64,000 nt of DNA from Patescibacteria group bacterium. Its GTDB lineage: Bacteria; Patescibacteriota; Microgenomatia; UBA10105; UBA927. The DNA is taken from assembly GCA_035510735.1 (NCBI GenBank), contig DATKGN010000004.1, positions 177,039-241,038 on the forward strand. Reading direction: 5' to 3'. Shown one piece after another: positions 1-9,551 of this stretch. Within the stretch, counting starts at the first letter, position 1, and the number at the start of each line of letters is the position of its first letter. The notes under the pieces are model-generated. The model saw nothing but the letters and a program-made list of their open reading frames with translations. It searched no databases and was not told the origin of the DNA. The position numbers were made by a program, and so were the translations under genes.

Positions 1-115
1 CATAGGAGAATTCGACTTTATCTTATCATAAATATATTTTCGTGGCAGGAGGGCGGAGGGTGCTATGATAATACCGGTTTTCGCGCATTAGGATTCCCTC
101 TGCTATAATCTAACC

Positions 116-652
116 ATGAACGAAGATAAAATCATTTTGGGGACAGCGTCAGGGGAAGGTAAAAATGCAGGTATTTTACATGGTGCAATCCGGAAATTAT
201 TTGAAGTAGGTTTAGGGATAATGGAAGACCCAGGTCAATCAGAAAGCGGGCCGCAAGCCGCCGTCGCAGTTGCTGAATATTTGGAGACTGTCGCTCGAGA
301 GGAACTCGATGAAGTTACGTATGTCTGTAAGACAAAGGACGGAGAAATAAAAAGATCACAACAATTTGAACAATCGGACTATACTCAGTGGCGCAAATTA
401 GCCGAAATGCTCCGTAATCCTGATCCTTATAGGGGTGACATTTTTGCGGCTGCAAAAGCCTGGGAAGTATTGCATGAAAGAGGTGCGCGGTTTGAATTAG
501 TTTCCGGAAGAGGTAATCAAGTGGCAAAAACATTAGGTTTAACTTTCGGTATGGCGGCTGACTATTTTCTTGGACAAACTGGCGTCGTGTTAGGTATTCC
601 CCACGATTTTGAGCCTAGCCATCTGCCGAATAGATATTGCTTTATCCCTTAA
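116..652 (+). CDS. hypothetical protein (178 aa)
   Basis: Long ORF with no motif I recognise. Its 3' end overlaps the next ORF by 44 nt in another frame. Confidence 0.35.
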   Translation: MNEDKIILGTASGEGKNAGILHGAIRKLFEVGLGIMEDPGQSESGPQAAVAVAEYLETVAREELDEVTYVCKTKDGEIKRSQQFEQSDYTQWRKLAEMLRNPDPYRGDIFAAAKAWEVLHERGARFELVSGRGNQVAKTLGLTFGMAADYFLGQTGVVLGIPHDFEPSHLPNRYCFIP

Positions 653-705
653 TACTGAGTATTTCTTTGAACAATTATCTATTTCAGTGCGAAACTCAAA
701 AAGTG

Positions 706-1199
706 GTATGATTTTGAGTATGGGTTGGGATCATTTACGCGATGTAATTGTAACTATAGTCAATAAAGCGGTACGACTTAAGGGAAAATACATTCAAGAA
801 CCATTGGGTTCTGTTGACTATGTTGCTATTTTCCCGAAGAGTAATGAAGAGAGAACGCAATATCTTGACTTAATGGGAGCGTTAAGCGCTAAGGTGGTCT
901 ACACCGATCACGATGGACCGCTTTACCACTTACCCAAAGCGATACAAACGGATTACGGATCAATCGATTTTATTAAAATCTGCAATGTGGATTCTATATA
1001 CAACCCGAAACGAGATCAAATCGGATACGTCGATTATCAGACGTCAGGGTATAACTTGTTGAAAGATAAGTACGGCAAAAATCCGGCTTTTTCATTTCTT
1101 TACGGAAAAGGTTGGGAAATACTCTGTTTGGCAAATCCAGATGAGGACGTGTCGGTATATATTCCAAACATCCCGTTATCAAAAGATTTGGGGTTTTGA
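706..1199 (+). CDS. hypothetical protein (start uncertain; ORF opens at 609)
   Basis: ORF 609..1199. The first internal ATG after the upstream ORF's stop is at about 706. No recognisable domain. It may be the 3' part of a gene frameshifted against ORF 116..652. Confidence 0.3.
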
Positions 1200-1292
1200 T
1201 AATACCCACCCCGATTTTTTTATAGAACATTTTTCTGTCCCGAAGCCCAAAACGTGGTATGATGAGGCTGGTTTAACTGGATAAGCCGATAT

Positions 1293-1859
1293 ATGGATAA
1301 ACTTTCTGACATGAATACAAAATCCGATTCACTCGTGTTTGTCGTGCAAAAGCATGCGGCGACGAGACTGCATTACGATTTCCGGCTTCAGATCGGTGAG
1401 ATGATGCCATCGTGGGCGGTGCCCAAGGGGCCGACTTTAGATTCGACCGTCAAGCGGCTCGCGATGGAAACAGGTGAGCATGATATGGAATATCGGCATT
1501 TCGAGGGCGTGATTCCTGAAGGATCATACGGCGCGGGCGCAGTTATGATCTGGGATGAGGGGACTTACGTTCCTGAAATTGAAACTGCTCTAGGTGTGCG
1601 GCAGCAGGTGAAAGACCCGGCTGAGGGACAACAGGTCATGAAAGAGGGATTGGCAAAAGGGGAGATAAAGTTTTTCATGAGGGGCAAGAAACTCAAAGGC
1701 TCATTTGCCCTCGTCAAAACCCACGGATTCGGACCGAAAAATTCCTGGCTCCTCATCAAACACAAAGATAAATACGTGGTTGTAGGCTACGACGCCAAAG
1801 ATAGTGATATGTCCGTCGTGTCAAAGCGGATGATAGAGGAAATTGCCGGTGGAAAATAA
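1293..1859 (+). CDS. DNA ligase D 3'-phosphoesterase (LigD-PE) domain protein, standalone
   Basis: Motif VVQKHAATRLHYDFRLQ...SWAVPKGPTLD matches the LigD N-terminal phosphoesterase signature (HYDFRLE...SWAVPKGPS). Its size (188 aa) equals an isolated PE domain. Confidence 0.7.
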   Translation: MDKLSDMNTKSDSLVFVVQKHAATRLHYDFRLQIGEMMPSWAVPKGPTLDSTVKRLAMETGEHDMEYRHFEGVIPEGSYGAGAVMIWDEGTYVPEIETALGVRQQVKDPAEGQQVMKEGLAKGEIKFFMRGKKLKGSFALVKTHGFGPKNSWLLIKHKDKYVVVGYDAKDSDMSVVSKRMIEEIAGGK

Positions 1860-1861
1860 CA

Positions 1862-2503
1862 TCACCTCATGAGATCGGCAAATACCACGAGGCGCTTCGT
1901 ATAGGTTTGCTTAGTCTGGTCCCACGCGCCTTCGCAGGTGATGAGGTTGAGGTGCGTCCCATCCTGGCTCGCGAAAATCTTTGATGTATCAACAGATTGG
2001 TCATACGTTTTACTATCCTTCACGATAAATGCGCCGATGTTTCCGAATGCATCTTCAACGCCTATCGCAGCGCCGGGTTTGAGGGATTTGAGCTGCGCAA
2101 ATACGCCGTCTTCCCCGTTTTTCCCATCAACGTGGCCCGCGATAACCGCAGTGCCTGTTTGTCCCGGGCGGGCTCCGAGTTTGTACCATCCGACATCCGT
2201 TATACTATCGGGAACCTGCATGGATCCGTCCTCTGTTACACCCATCGGAAGAATTGTTGCGTTCGTGTGGAGAAGGGGAATCATTAACCGAACTGGGACT
2301 CCGTGAAACGGGGAAATAGACGGGACGGAATCAGGAATCGGAGCCAGAGACGGAGTCGGTGTAGGTGCCTGCGCGTGAACCTCTTTACTTATCCCCAAAT
2401 ATTCCGGTTTTGTATATGCGATTCCTAACAGAAAGAATAAAATCGCAGTAATGCCGAATGAACAGATCAGTGCACTTAGGAGTTTCGTAGGTTTTTTTAC
2501 CGT
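1862..2503 (-). CDS. sortase family transpeptidase (start codon unresolved)
   Basis: TAVIAGH and LITC (catalytic Cys) motifs are present. The reading frame is open upstream to 2503 and encodes a TM anchor (LLSALICSFGITAILFFLLGIAYT), but the first canonical start (TTG) is at 2398, downstream of the TM. Confidence 0.7.
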   Translation of the reverse strand, partial: TVKKPTKLLSALICSFGITAILFFLLGIAYTKPEYLGISKEVHAQAPTPTPSLAPIPDSVPSISPFHGVPVRLMIPLLHTNATILPMGVTEDGSMQVPDSITDVGWYKLGARPGQTGTAVIAGHVDGKNGEDGVFAQLKSLKPGAAIGVEDAFGNIGAFIVKDSKTYDQSVDTSKIFASQDGTHLNLITCEGAWDQTKQTYTKRLVVFADLMR

Positions 2504-3702
2504 TTAAATGTTACGAGCCGTTTGATTTGGTGGGTTAGGAAAAACAAGGCGGACACAACAAGACCAAGCGAGAGTATCGGGAGCCATGGGAACGTTGATT
2601 TGGGTGCAAATCCCGTGTCGGGCATGCCGGGGGAATTTCCCGCAACAACGGCGGCGCTATATTGGCCGATCGCACAATTATCCGTTGCGGCCACATGGAT
2701 CCAGATGGGTTGGTTGGCCGGGAGATCATTAAGGTTGGTCGAAAACCCAGTCACTTTTGTGTTGTAGTCCCATTTTCCATCCGCGAGTCCGTATTCAACG
2801 ACGAATGTATCGATCCCTTCATACGGGCCCCAGTTCACTGAAACACTTGTCGGGCTTAACCGCTTGGTGTCAATTATTATTGGTACGGTTTTGATATCCG
2901 TTGCTGTACACACGGAGTCACCCTCAACGGATCCTGATGATTGGTTGGAATCGGACTCGGGCGAAGACGCGGAAGCTGGTATATTGCACGTTGATCCTGT
3001 AATGGAATTTCCGTCCAAGGTCACTTCGGCCGTATGTGCAAACGCTCGACCATCGAGGCTGGCGCCGGTTGCCAAGGTAACACTGGTATCAGCAATAATG
3101 GTACCGACAAGCGAACTTCCGGCATCCAAGGATGCAGTACTTGGAACATACCACCATACGTTACAGGCATTGCCGCCGCCGGAAAACACGACATTTGCGG
3201 TTGACCCTGTGGTTGTAAGTGAACTTGCGGCTTTAAAAATCCAGACGTCCGTTGGGCCGCCGTTTAATGTGAGTGTCCCGGTCAACAAAAATGCGTCCGA
3301 ACAATACACACCGGGAACAAGATTTTTACCAGCCAGATCCGTTATGACAGCGCCGTAGTCGGTGTCACAACCTTGCGCAGCAAGCGCACTATACGCAGTT
3401 CCTCTGTCCGTTTGGGCGGAATCAGCTTGGGTGTCCGCGTCATGTATGGTGCCGCCGAGAGTGACAGAACCAAAGCCGGTGTAGTTAGGGGGCGTAGTGC
3501 CGGGGCTGATACCGACGTCACCGCTTATGGTTGTTGTTCCCGTATTCGTAACCGCTGAACCGGCAATGACAGAATAACTTACAGCGCTACCGAGGGAGGG
3601 TGAAGAAGCGGCATACACCGGCGCTGCCAACCACCCCATGTGTGTCATTGCCCAGATGACTACGGGGAGTAGAGCAAACCACATCTTACCGGGCGTTTTC
3701 AT
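2497..3702 (-). CDS. secreted DUF3494 (ice-binding-like) beta-helix surface protein with Fn3-like domain and LPXTG-like C-terminal sorting signal
   Basis: N-terminal signal peptide. The repeated beta-helix pattern (AGSAVTNTGTTTISGDVGISPGTT ... NVWWYV ... GRAFAHTAEVTLDGNSIT) is typical of DUF3494. The C-terminus has MPDTG, then a hydrophobic stretch, then a basic tail (HQIKRLVTFKR). Confidence 0.65.
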   Translation of the reverse strand: MKTPGKMWFALLPVVIWAMTHMGWLAAPVYAASSPSLGSAVSYSVIAGSAVTNTGTTTISGDVGISPGTTPPNYTGFGSVTLGGTIHDADTQADSAQTDRGTAYSALAAQGCDTDYGAVITDLAGKNLVPGVYCSDAFLLTGTLTLNGGPTDVWIFKAASSLTTTGSTANVVFSGGGNACNVWWYVPSTASLDAGSSLVGTIIADTSVTLATGASLDGRAFAHTAEVTLDGNSITGSTCNIPASASSPESDSNQSSGSVEGDSVCTATDIKTVPIIIDTKRLSPTSVSVNWGPYEGIDTFVVEYGLADGKWDYNTKVTGFSTNLNDLPANQPIWIHVAATDNCAIGQYSAAVVAGNSPGMPDTGFAPKSTFPWLPILSLGLVVSALFFLTHQIKRLVTFKR

Positions 3703-4096
3703 GTCTTATCTAATTTAAGCATAGCATACCGGTACATATTTTTATATTTGTTGTTGATAGTATAATCCTATAGTATATTGACAACAAGGGGAATATGTGC
3801 TATACTTCGTTTACAGGTTTGAATTTATAAATCTGTCTATACTTCGAAGATTCAAAAAAGTCTTGCCCAGTATACATCCTTCTACTCTGTTATTTTGGTC
3901 CCATTAAACGGGAGCGCAAATCGGAATAAGATGGATAACATTCGATTTGTTGATTGAATAACAAGGGAGATTAAGATACCTCAATTATTTCTATTGTATC
4001 TTTTCCTTTATTCTAGACTGTTCTTATGTAGGCAGATTTATAGGTTCAAGCCTAAAAGGTGAGAATACCCTTCAAGAGTAATTCTCTCTAACCATT

Positions 4097-5302
4097 ATGT
4101 TCAGACAATCGTACGCAAGAAATCAATCACATCACCCATTCCGTTCCGTGGGGCGGAGAAACAGTTCTCATTTTGCGCCCAGAGCACGCGACGCTCGCGT
4201 TGAACCCACCCGCTATATCAGTAAAGCGACTGCGGTGGGAGATGCGGCACCTGAGGCGTATATCGCCACCCATCAGTTTGCTGACTTTGATATTGCGCCG
4301 GAACTAAAAGCGAATATCGTTGCCCGGGGGTATACAGCGCCTACGCCCATCCAGGATCAGGTTATTCCCTACGTTTTAAACGGACGTGATGTGGTGGGGG
4401 TCGCAAATACCGGAACGGGCAAAACCGCTGCGTTTCTAGTTCCCTTAATCGATAAAATCATGAGGAACAGGCTTTCTAAAGTCCTCGTTATCGCGCCGAC
4501 CCGTGAACTTGCCGTTCAAATCGATGATGAACTCAGACTTTTTTCTCGGAATCTTCATATCCAGTCGGCGCTTGTTATCGGCGGGGCGAGTATGGGTAAT
4601 CAGATTTGGAAATTGAAACAGCACCCGAATTTTCTTATCAGTACACCGGGACGGCTCAAAGATTTCGTGGGGCAGGGATTAATCGCACTCTCCGACTATA
4701 AAACGATCGTTCTTGACGAAGTTGACCGGATGGTGGACATAGGATTCATTACGGATATCCGGTATCTTATTTCTTTATTGCCAAAAGATCGCCAATCATT
4801 GTTTTTCTCTGCGACTGTATCAGGATCAGTAAGCGGTATCATTGCATCGTTTCTCAAAGATCCGGTCACGATATCAGTTAAGGTCAGGGAAACCTTGGCA
4901 AGTGTTGATCAGGATATCATCCGCGTGAGAAGCAAAGAAGAAAAGATGAGCATGCTCCAGACAATGCTTAAAAAGCAGGAATTTTCTAAGGTGCTTATTT
5001 TCGGCCGGACCAAGTGGAATGTCGAGAAACTTGCACGGAATCTTGCACAGAACGGATTTCTAGTCGGATCCATTCACGGAAATAAATCACAGGGCCAGCG
5101 CATGCGGGTCCTCGCCGATTTTAAACAAAACCGGCTCCAGATTCTTGTGGCTACCGACGTTGCATCCCGTGGGCTTGATATCAATGATGTTTCCCACGTC
5201 ATCAATTTTGACGAACCGCAGTCCTATGACGATTATGTGCACCGCATCGGGCGGACCGGCCGGGCGAATAAAACCGGCACCGCACTGACCTTCGTTGGGT
5301 AA
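4097..5302 (+). CDS. DEAD-box ATP-dependent RNA helicase (DEVD variant)
   Basis: Q-motif, TGTGKT (I), PTRELA (Ia), TPGRL (Ib), DEVD (II), SAT (III), HRIGRTGRA (VI). Arg-rich N-terminal tail. Confidence 0.85.
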   Translation: MFRQSYARNQSHHPFRSVGRRNSSHFAPRARDARVEPTRYISKATAVGDAAPEAYIATHQFADFDIAPELKANIVARGYTAPTPIQDQVIPYVLNGRDVVGVANTGTGKTAAFLVPLIDKIMRNRLSKVLVIAPTRELAVQIDDELRLFSRNLHIQSALVIGGASMGNQIWKLKQHPNFLISTPGRLKDFVGQGLIALSDYKTIVLDEVDRMVDIGFITDIRYLISLLPKDRQSLFFSATVSGSVSGIIASFLKDPVTISVKVRETLASVDQDIIRVRSKEEKMSMLQTMLKKQEFSKVLIFGRTKWNVEKLARNLAQNGFLVGSIHGNKSQGQRMRVLADFKQNRLQILVATDVASRGLDINDVSHVINFDEPQSYDDYVHRIGRTGRANKTGTALTFVG

Positions 5303-5316
5303 GTAACTGTATTTCA

Positions 5317-5997
5317 TTATATTTTTCCCCAGTGTGCTTTTCCCCGGCCTATGACGACGGGTTTTTCATTACCATTCCAGATTACTGCGGTATTTTCATC
5401 AATGCCAAGCCAGTTGGTCTTTACTTCTTCCGGCGCTTCATTCATTGAGCGCTCAATTTTATCTTTGAAGGTTTTGAGGCCCCAGTCAAAATGCGGCCAA
5501 ATGGTATAAGGGACAAGACCTAATGCCTTGGTCCAGCCGGGACCTTTTCCGTCCTGAAAGAATACAGAGCGGATGTTTGCCGGAATCCAACTCCCCAAAA
5601 GCATCGCACCTGCGGAACTGCCTGCGAGAGCGGCTCCCTCACGGAAGCGCGAATATATAGTTTCCCACGCGGGTGAATCTTGAATCGTCGATAACACATA
5701 CCCCGGATCGCCGCCTGAGAAGTAATACGCATTTGCTTTTCCGAGAACATCAATGACTGATTGTTTTTTCGCATCGCTTGGGGTTCGAAGCGGGATGCCG
5801 ATTGATGAAATACCGAGCTTTTCATAATAGCGGGTTCCGTCATCGACCCATTTCCACCATTTGCGTTCCTGTCCCGCAGCGGTCGGGATTATTGCGACCA
5901 TCGGGTTATGAATAGGTCGGAGAAAATACCGGTCAATATCGCGCATTGCGTCAGTAAATTCACCAGATCCTGCAAGAAGTAATGGTCCCTGTGACAT
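5317..5997 (-). CDS. peptidase S51 family (cyanophycinase / dipeptidase E-like)
   Basis: GSSAGAM nucleophile-elbow motif in a class I glutamine amidotransferase-like fold context. Confidence 0.6.
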   Translation of the reverse strand: MSQGPLLLAGSGEFTDAMRDIDRYFLRPIHNPMVAIIPTAAGQERKWWKWVDDGTRYYEKLGISSIGIPLRTPSDAKKQSVIDVLGKANAYYFSGGDPGYVLSTIQDSPAWETIYSRFREGAALAGSSAGAMLLGSWIPANIRSVFFQDGKGPGWTKALGLVPYTIWPHFDWGLKTFKDKIERSMNEAPEEVKTNWLGIDENTAVIWNGNEKPVVIGRGKAHWGKI

Positions 5998-6035
5998 AGA
6001 TAATATTTATTGTATCGTATTTATTATTCGTGGAA

Positions 6036-6542
6036 TTACGACATTTTTGTCAGCATCTTGTGGGCCCGTTTTTTTACTGTTCGTTTCCGGTAATTTTCTG
6101 AGAGGACGCTGATATTGCCGTCAACCTCTAAAATTGCCAAGTCGACATCGGCAACGTTCTGTACGCCGTGTTCCCGGACAGCCTCTGTCAGTTCTGCGTC
6201 AGCAATTTTTGCCTGGTTGAGATGTTCTTTGATTACCTTCCCTTTATAGATCAACATGAGGGGGTTTCCTTGGATGAGACCGCTTAATTTTTTGGAACGG
6301 AAAAGCAAGAATTTAAACAGATAATTAATTATAAATAATGATGTGGCGGCAATAATTCCTGCGGGGAGCGACGTGTTATTGCCCACCATGGCGTTTTGCA
6401 CCGCATTACTGATGAGAAGGATAAATACGAGATCGATAACGGATAATTGTGACAGCTCCTTTTTACCGAATAACCGAATGGCAAGGATAATAAATATGTA
6501 AACAACTGTTGCGCGCAGTGCGACTGTAAAAAGATCGTTCAT
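6036..6542 (-). CDS. DUF421 (YetF-like) membrane protein
   Basis: Two N-terminal TM helices and the LSQLSVIDLVFILLISNAVQNAM pattern typical of YetF/DUF421. Confidence 0.6.
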   Translation of the reverse strand: MNDLFTVALRATVVYIFIILAIRLFGKKELSQLSVIDLVFILLISNAVQNAMVGNNTSLPAGIIAATSLFIINYLFKFLLFRSKKLSGLIQGNPLMLIYKGKVIKEHLNQAKIADAELTEAVREHGVQNVADVDLAILEVDGNISVLSENYRKRTVKKRAHKMLTKMS

Positions 6543-6557
6543 AACAGTACAACTTAT

Positions 6558-7241
6558 CTATCGTTGGTATTTTGACGGATTGACGCTGATAACTGAACCA
6601 TTTGTGCTTGATAGGTTGAACAGTAACCGATCATGAAAAAGTCTTGTTGAGTTCGTCACAATGTTTAACGCGGTTGTAACATTTTGTTTTGCAGTATTCG
6701 GAACAAGCGTGAAAGAGGCAAGTTGAAATGTCCCGATAGCAGGAGCGCTATCTGATTGTGGTGTTAACGTCAAGCGAATATCGCCGGTTGTGTTTGAGGT
6801 GTTCATTGGCGTCATCGCAATAGTTCCGAATTGTTTTGACACGTCCGGAACTGTTTCCCGTGAAAGCTTAACGAGATTCGGGTCGAAAGTAATATCAATA
6901 CTGCCAGATGTAATCGAAGCGTCAGATGTAAGCCACACCTGTACAATGGCCGTTGTTGAAAGCGGTCCCTGAGCGGGTAAGAGATTGATACTTGCGTGAC
7001 CGATTGCGGCGTTTGTTTGTACGGTTTGCGTATTTTTGACTTGGAGAGTAACAGCCAAACTAATGATGAGCAACGCTAAAAATGTGACCCGCCACTTCAT
7101 TTCACTTGTCGGCGCCGCGCCGAGAATTTTTTTATACCATGGGACTGGGGTCACAACAGAATACGGCTCCAATACAACGGCTGGTCTTTTGGTTCCGCTT
7201 GACGATGGTGCCTGAGTAGGTGATTGTTTGTCGTTATCCAT
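6558..7241 (-). CDS. type II membrane-anchored hypothetical protein
   Basis: The ORF extends to 7346, but that would overlap the divergent LOG gene. Start at internal Met (MDNDKQ...) is preferred. Single TM (WRVTFLALLIISLAVTLQV), then a Thr/Ser/Asn-rich extracytoplasmic region. Confidence 0.4.
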   Translation of the reverse strand: MDNDKQSPTQAPSSSGTKRPAVVLEPYSVVTPVPWYKKILGAAPTSEMKWRVTFLALLIISLAVTLQVKNTQTVQTNAAIGHASINLLPAQGPLSTTAIVQVWLTSDASITSGSIDITFDPNLVKLSRETVPDVSKQFGTIAMTPMNTSNTTGDIRLTLTPQSDSAPAIGTFQLASFTLVPNTAKQNVTTALNIVTNSTRLFHDRLLFNLSSTNGSVISVNPSKYQR

Positions 7242-7328
7242 ATGATGTTTTCTCATACGTAAACGATGAGATGCGTATATTTGTATTGTATCACACGAAT
7301 TATAGTTGTCTTTGTTATAATAACCACT

Positions 7329-7874
7329 ATGAACGATCGCAATCAAATTTCAGTATTTTGTTCAGGGCGCGACGTCGACACCCGATACGTTCACGCTGCC
7401 CGGGCTTTTGCATTATTGATGATACGAAACAAATATGATTTAGTGTGGGGTGGCTCGGATACAGGACTTATGCATGTTGTCGCTTCAACGGTAAAGGCCG
7501 GTGGTGGAAGACTTATCGGCGTAACCATCAAGCGGTTTCTTCTAATTGTACGCAAAGACGCAGATGAGATGATTGTCGCACCATCGCTTGGGGAGCGAAA
7601 ACGCCTGATGATTGAAAGGGGATGTGCGATCGTGGTGTTACCCGGAGGAATCGGTACGGCAGACGAGCTTATGGAAGTATTGGAACGGAAGAAACAAGGG
7701 GAACACCATAAACCCGTTGTTGTATTAAATACTAGTAATTTTTATCGTGGTATTCATCTACAGCTTGATAAAATGTCTCGCGAGGGATTTATTCCTATGC
7801 CGCTTGAACAACTTGTATATTTCGCAGAAACACCCACGCAAGCAATACAATATATGTTGAAGTCAACAGCGTAA
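7329..7874 (+). CDS. LOG family protein (cytokinin riboside 5'-monophosphate phosphoribohydrolase-like, TIGR00730)
   Basis: VWGGSDTGLMH and PGGIGTADEL motifs. ORF opens at 7266; start chosen at MNDRNQ. Confidence 0.75.
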   Translation: MNDRNQISVFCSGRDVDTRYVHAARAFALLMIRNKYDLVWGGSDTGLMHVVASTVKAGGGRLIGVTIKRFLLIVRKDADEMIVAPSLGERKRLMIERGCAIVVLPGGIGTADELMEVLERKKQGEHHKPVVVLNTSNFYRGIHLQLDKMSREGFIPMPLEQLVYFAETPTQAIQYMLKSTA

Positions 7875-7885
7875 ATGAGCGCTGT

Positions 7886-8611
7886 TTACGATTTTAACGC
7901 CGCATCAATCTCAGTTTTGAGCTGATCATACGGCACTGCACCGACAATCGGCGTACCGTTGATAAAGAATGTCGGTGTACCTGTTACACCGCCCTGTTGA
8001 CCGGCGGTAAAATCACTGTTTACCTGTGCATTGTCTTTATTGCTGCTCAGGCATGATTGAAATTCGTCAGTATTCATGCCGAGAGTTCCAGCGACTTGCG
8101 TCAGCTTATCCGTTGTATACATGGATGTATCGGTTTCCGGAGGCTGATTTTTATAAAAGTAGTCATGCATATCCCAAAATTTTCCTTGATCGTTTGCACA
8201 TTCGACTGCATTTGCAGCGACTGTTGATGCGGGTCCCAAAAATGCATATTGCCGGAATGCAAATTTAACCTTACCGGTATCAATGTAATCTTTCTGGAGT
8301 TGTGGATACGTATTCGTAACAAATTGTTCACAAAACGGACACCGAAGATCCGCAAATTCCACAATGGTAACTTTGGCGTTTTTATTTCCCAACACCGGAA
8401 AATGCCCGACGTCCATTTTGACTTTTTGCGGCGCTGCCGATGGAGCTGCATTTGGAGCACCTTGAGCTGGTGCGCCCGCTGCGACTTGTGTGCCGCCCTT
8501 TTCCAAATACTGCACTTTGGTGTAAAGCGATCCGAGGAAAAATGCTGCAACAATAATAACTGCGACCAGAATATACATAGTGACATCTTTTTTAGCTGGA
8601 GTATTTTTCAT
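7886..8611 (-). CDS. DsbA-like thiol:disulfide oxidoreductase
   Basis: CPFC active site in a thioredoxin fold. N-terminal TM/signal. DsbA-like architecture. Confidence 0.75.
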   Translation of the reverse strand: MKNTPAKKDVTMYILVAVIIVAAFFLGSLYTKVQYLEKGGTQVAAGAPAQGAPNAAPSAAPQKVKMDVGHFPVLGNKNAKVTIVEFADLRCPFCEQFVTNTYPQLQKDYIDTGKVKFAFRQYAFLGPASTVAANAVECANDQGKFWDMHDYFYKNQPPETDTSMYTTDKLTQVAGTLGMNTDEFQSCLSSNKDNAQVNSDFTAGQQGGVTGTPTFFINGTPIVGAVPYDQLKTEIDAALKS

Positions 8612-8653
8612 ATGTAGACATCATAAAGGGTACAAATATTTTTGTAAAGTACT

Positions 8654-9523
8654 TCACAAACTTGAAATCATGCATTTAAGTGTTTTTGCAAATTTTATTG
8701 CGCTAGTTGGTGCGTATTCAAAATATAAATATGGCTCTATTAACTCAAGTTCCATTAACAATAATGTTCCGTTGGTGATGATTCCATCAACACGTGCATA
8801 GAGAAGCGGACTACCCAGTTTTTCCAGTATCCGCGCAGCCTGTCGGATAAGCGTATTACTTGGTTCAATTTTTATGACACCGCCGCGAGATATATGCGTT
8901 GGGCGAAAATCACCCTTTACTGGGCGTTTTAGAATTGCATGACTATAGTTGCCCCCTATAAACACGAATGAATATTCACCTCCAATGACGGCTTCATTCA
9001 TGAACGGCTGAACGAGAATGTCGCCCATTTTTAACAGATTGTCAAACGGTTTTTGGGAAGAATTTGTTAAATCTGTTGTAATGCGTGAGGCTCCAAAGCC
9101 ATCTGCTCCTACAGCCGGTTTAATTACAAGGTGTTTCCATCGCTTACGGTCTGCAATATCGCGTAAAAAATATTTTTCCCCTTGTTCTATATATACGGTC
9201 GGAATGATAGGAACGCCTTTATATTCAAGCTCTTTGAGATATTTTTTATTTGAATTCCACTTCAAAATCGGAAGGGGATTCCAGACATGAACGTGCATGG
9301 TTGATAATTGGGTGAGCCACGAAAGATAATCCTCAATATGTATATAATAATCCCAGCATGACCGGAGGATAAGATAGTCAAAAGAAGACCAATCCACTTT
9401 CTTGTTATTCCAAATAACGGGTTCTGGATTGAATCCGAGTTTTTCAAGCGGTTGTAGCAACAATTGATCGCTCATCGATAGCGTTGGGAGACGCTGACAC
9501 GTTACGATCCCGAGCTTTTTCAT
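8654..9523 (-). CDS. ATP-grasp domain protein (RimK / glutathione-synthetase-like)
   Basis: ATP-grasp pattern: VIKPAVGADGFG, EYSFVFIGG, ARVDGII...LLLMELELIEP. Confidence 0.6.
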   Translation of the reverse strand: MKKLGIVTCQRLPTLSMSDQLLLQPLEKLGFNPEPVIWNNKKVDWSSFDYLILRSCWDYYIHIEDYLSWLTQLSTMHVHVWNPLPILKWNSNKKYLKELEYKGVPIIPTVYIEQGEKYFLRDIADRKRWKHLVIKPAVGADGFGASRITTDLTNSSQKPFDNLLKMGDILVQPFMNEAVIGGEYSFVFIGGNYSHAILKRPVKGDFRPTHISRGGVIKIEPSNTLIRQAARILEKLGSPLLYARVDGIITNGTLLLMELELIEPYLYFEYAPTSAIKFAKTLKCMISSL

Positions 9524-9551
9524 GTACGTAGTATATAATGTGGGTAATCGT

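Noticed and set aside
2502-2508. UUUAAAC heptamer (canonical -1 slippery sequence) at the surface-protein/sortase junction
   Set aside because: In the substrate frame a -1 slip on this heptamer lands directly on an in-frame UAA. So it cannot connect the two reading frames by classical programmed frameshifting.
2522-3558. ORFs 2522..2767(+), 2535..2729(-), 2864..3358(+), 3373..3558(+) inside the surface-protein gene
   Set aside because: Antisense or out-of-frame shadow ORFs within a well-supported 401-aa CDS. No motifs.
8026-8617. ORFs 8026..8268(+), 8101..8586(-), 8249..8617(+) overlapping the DsbA gene
   Set aside because: Alternative-frame ORFs with low-complexity, basic translations. The DsbA frame carries the CPFC active site.
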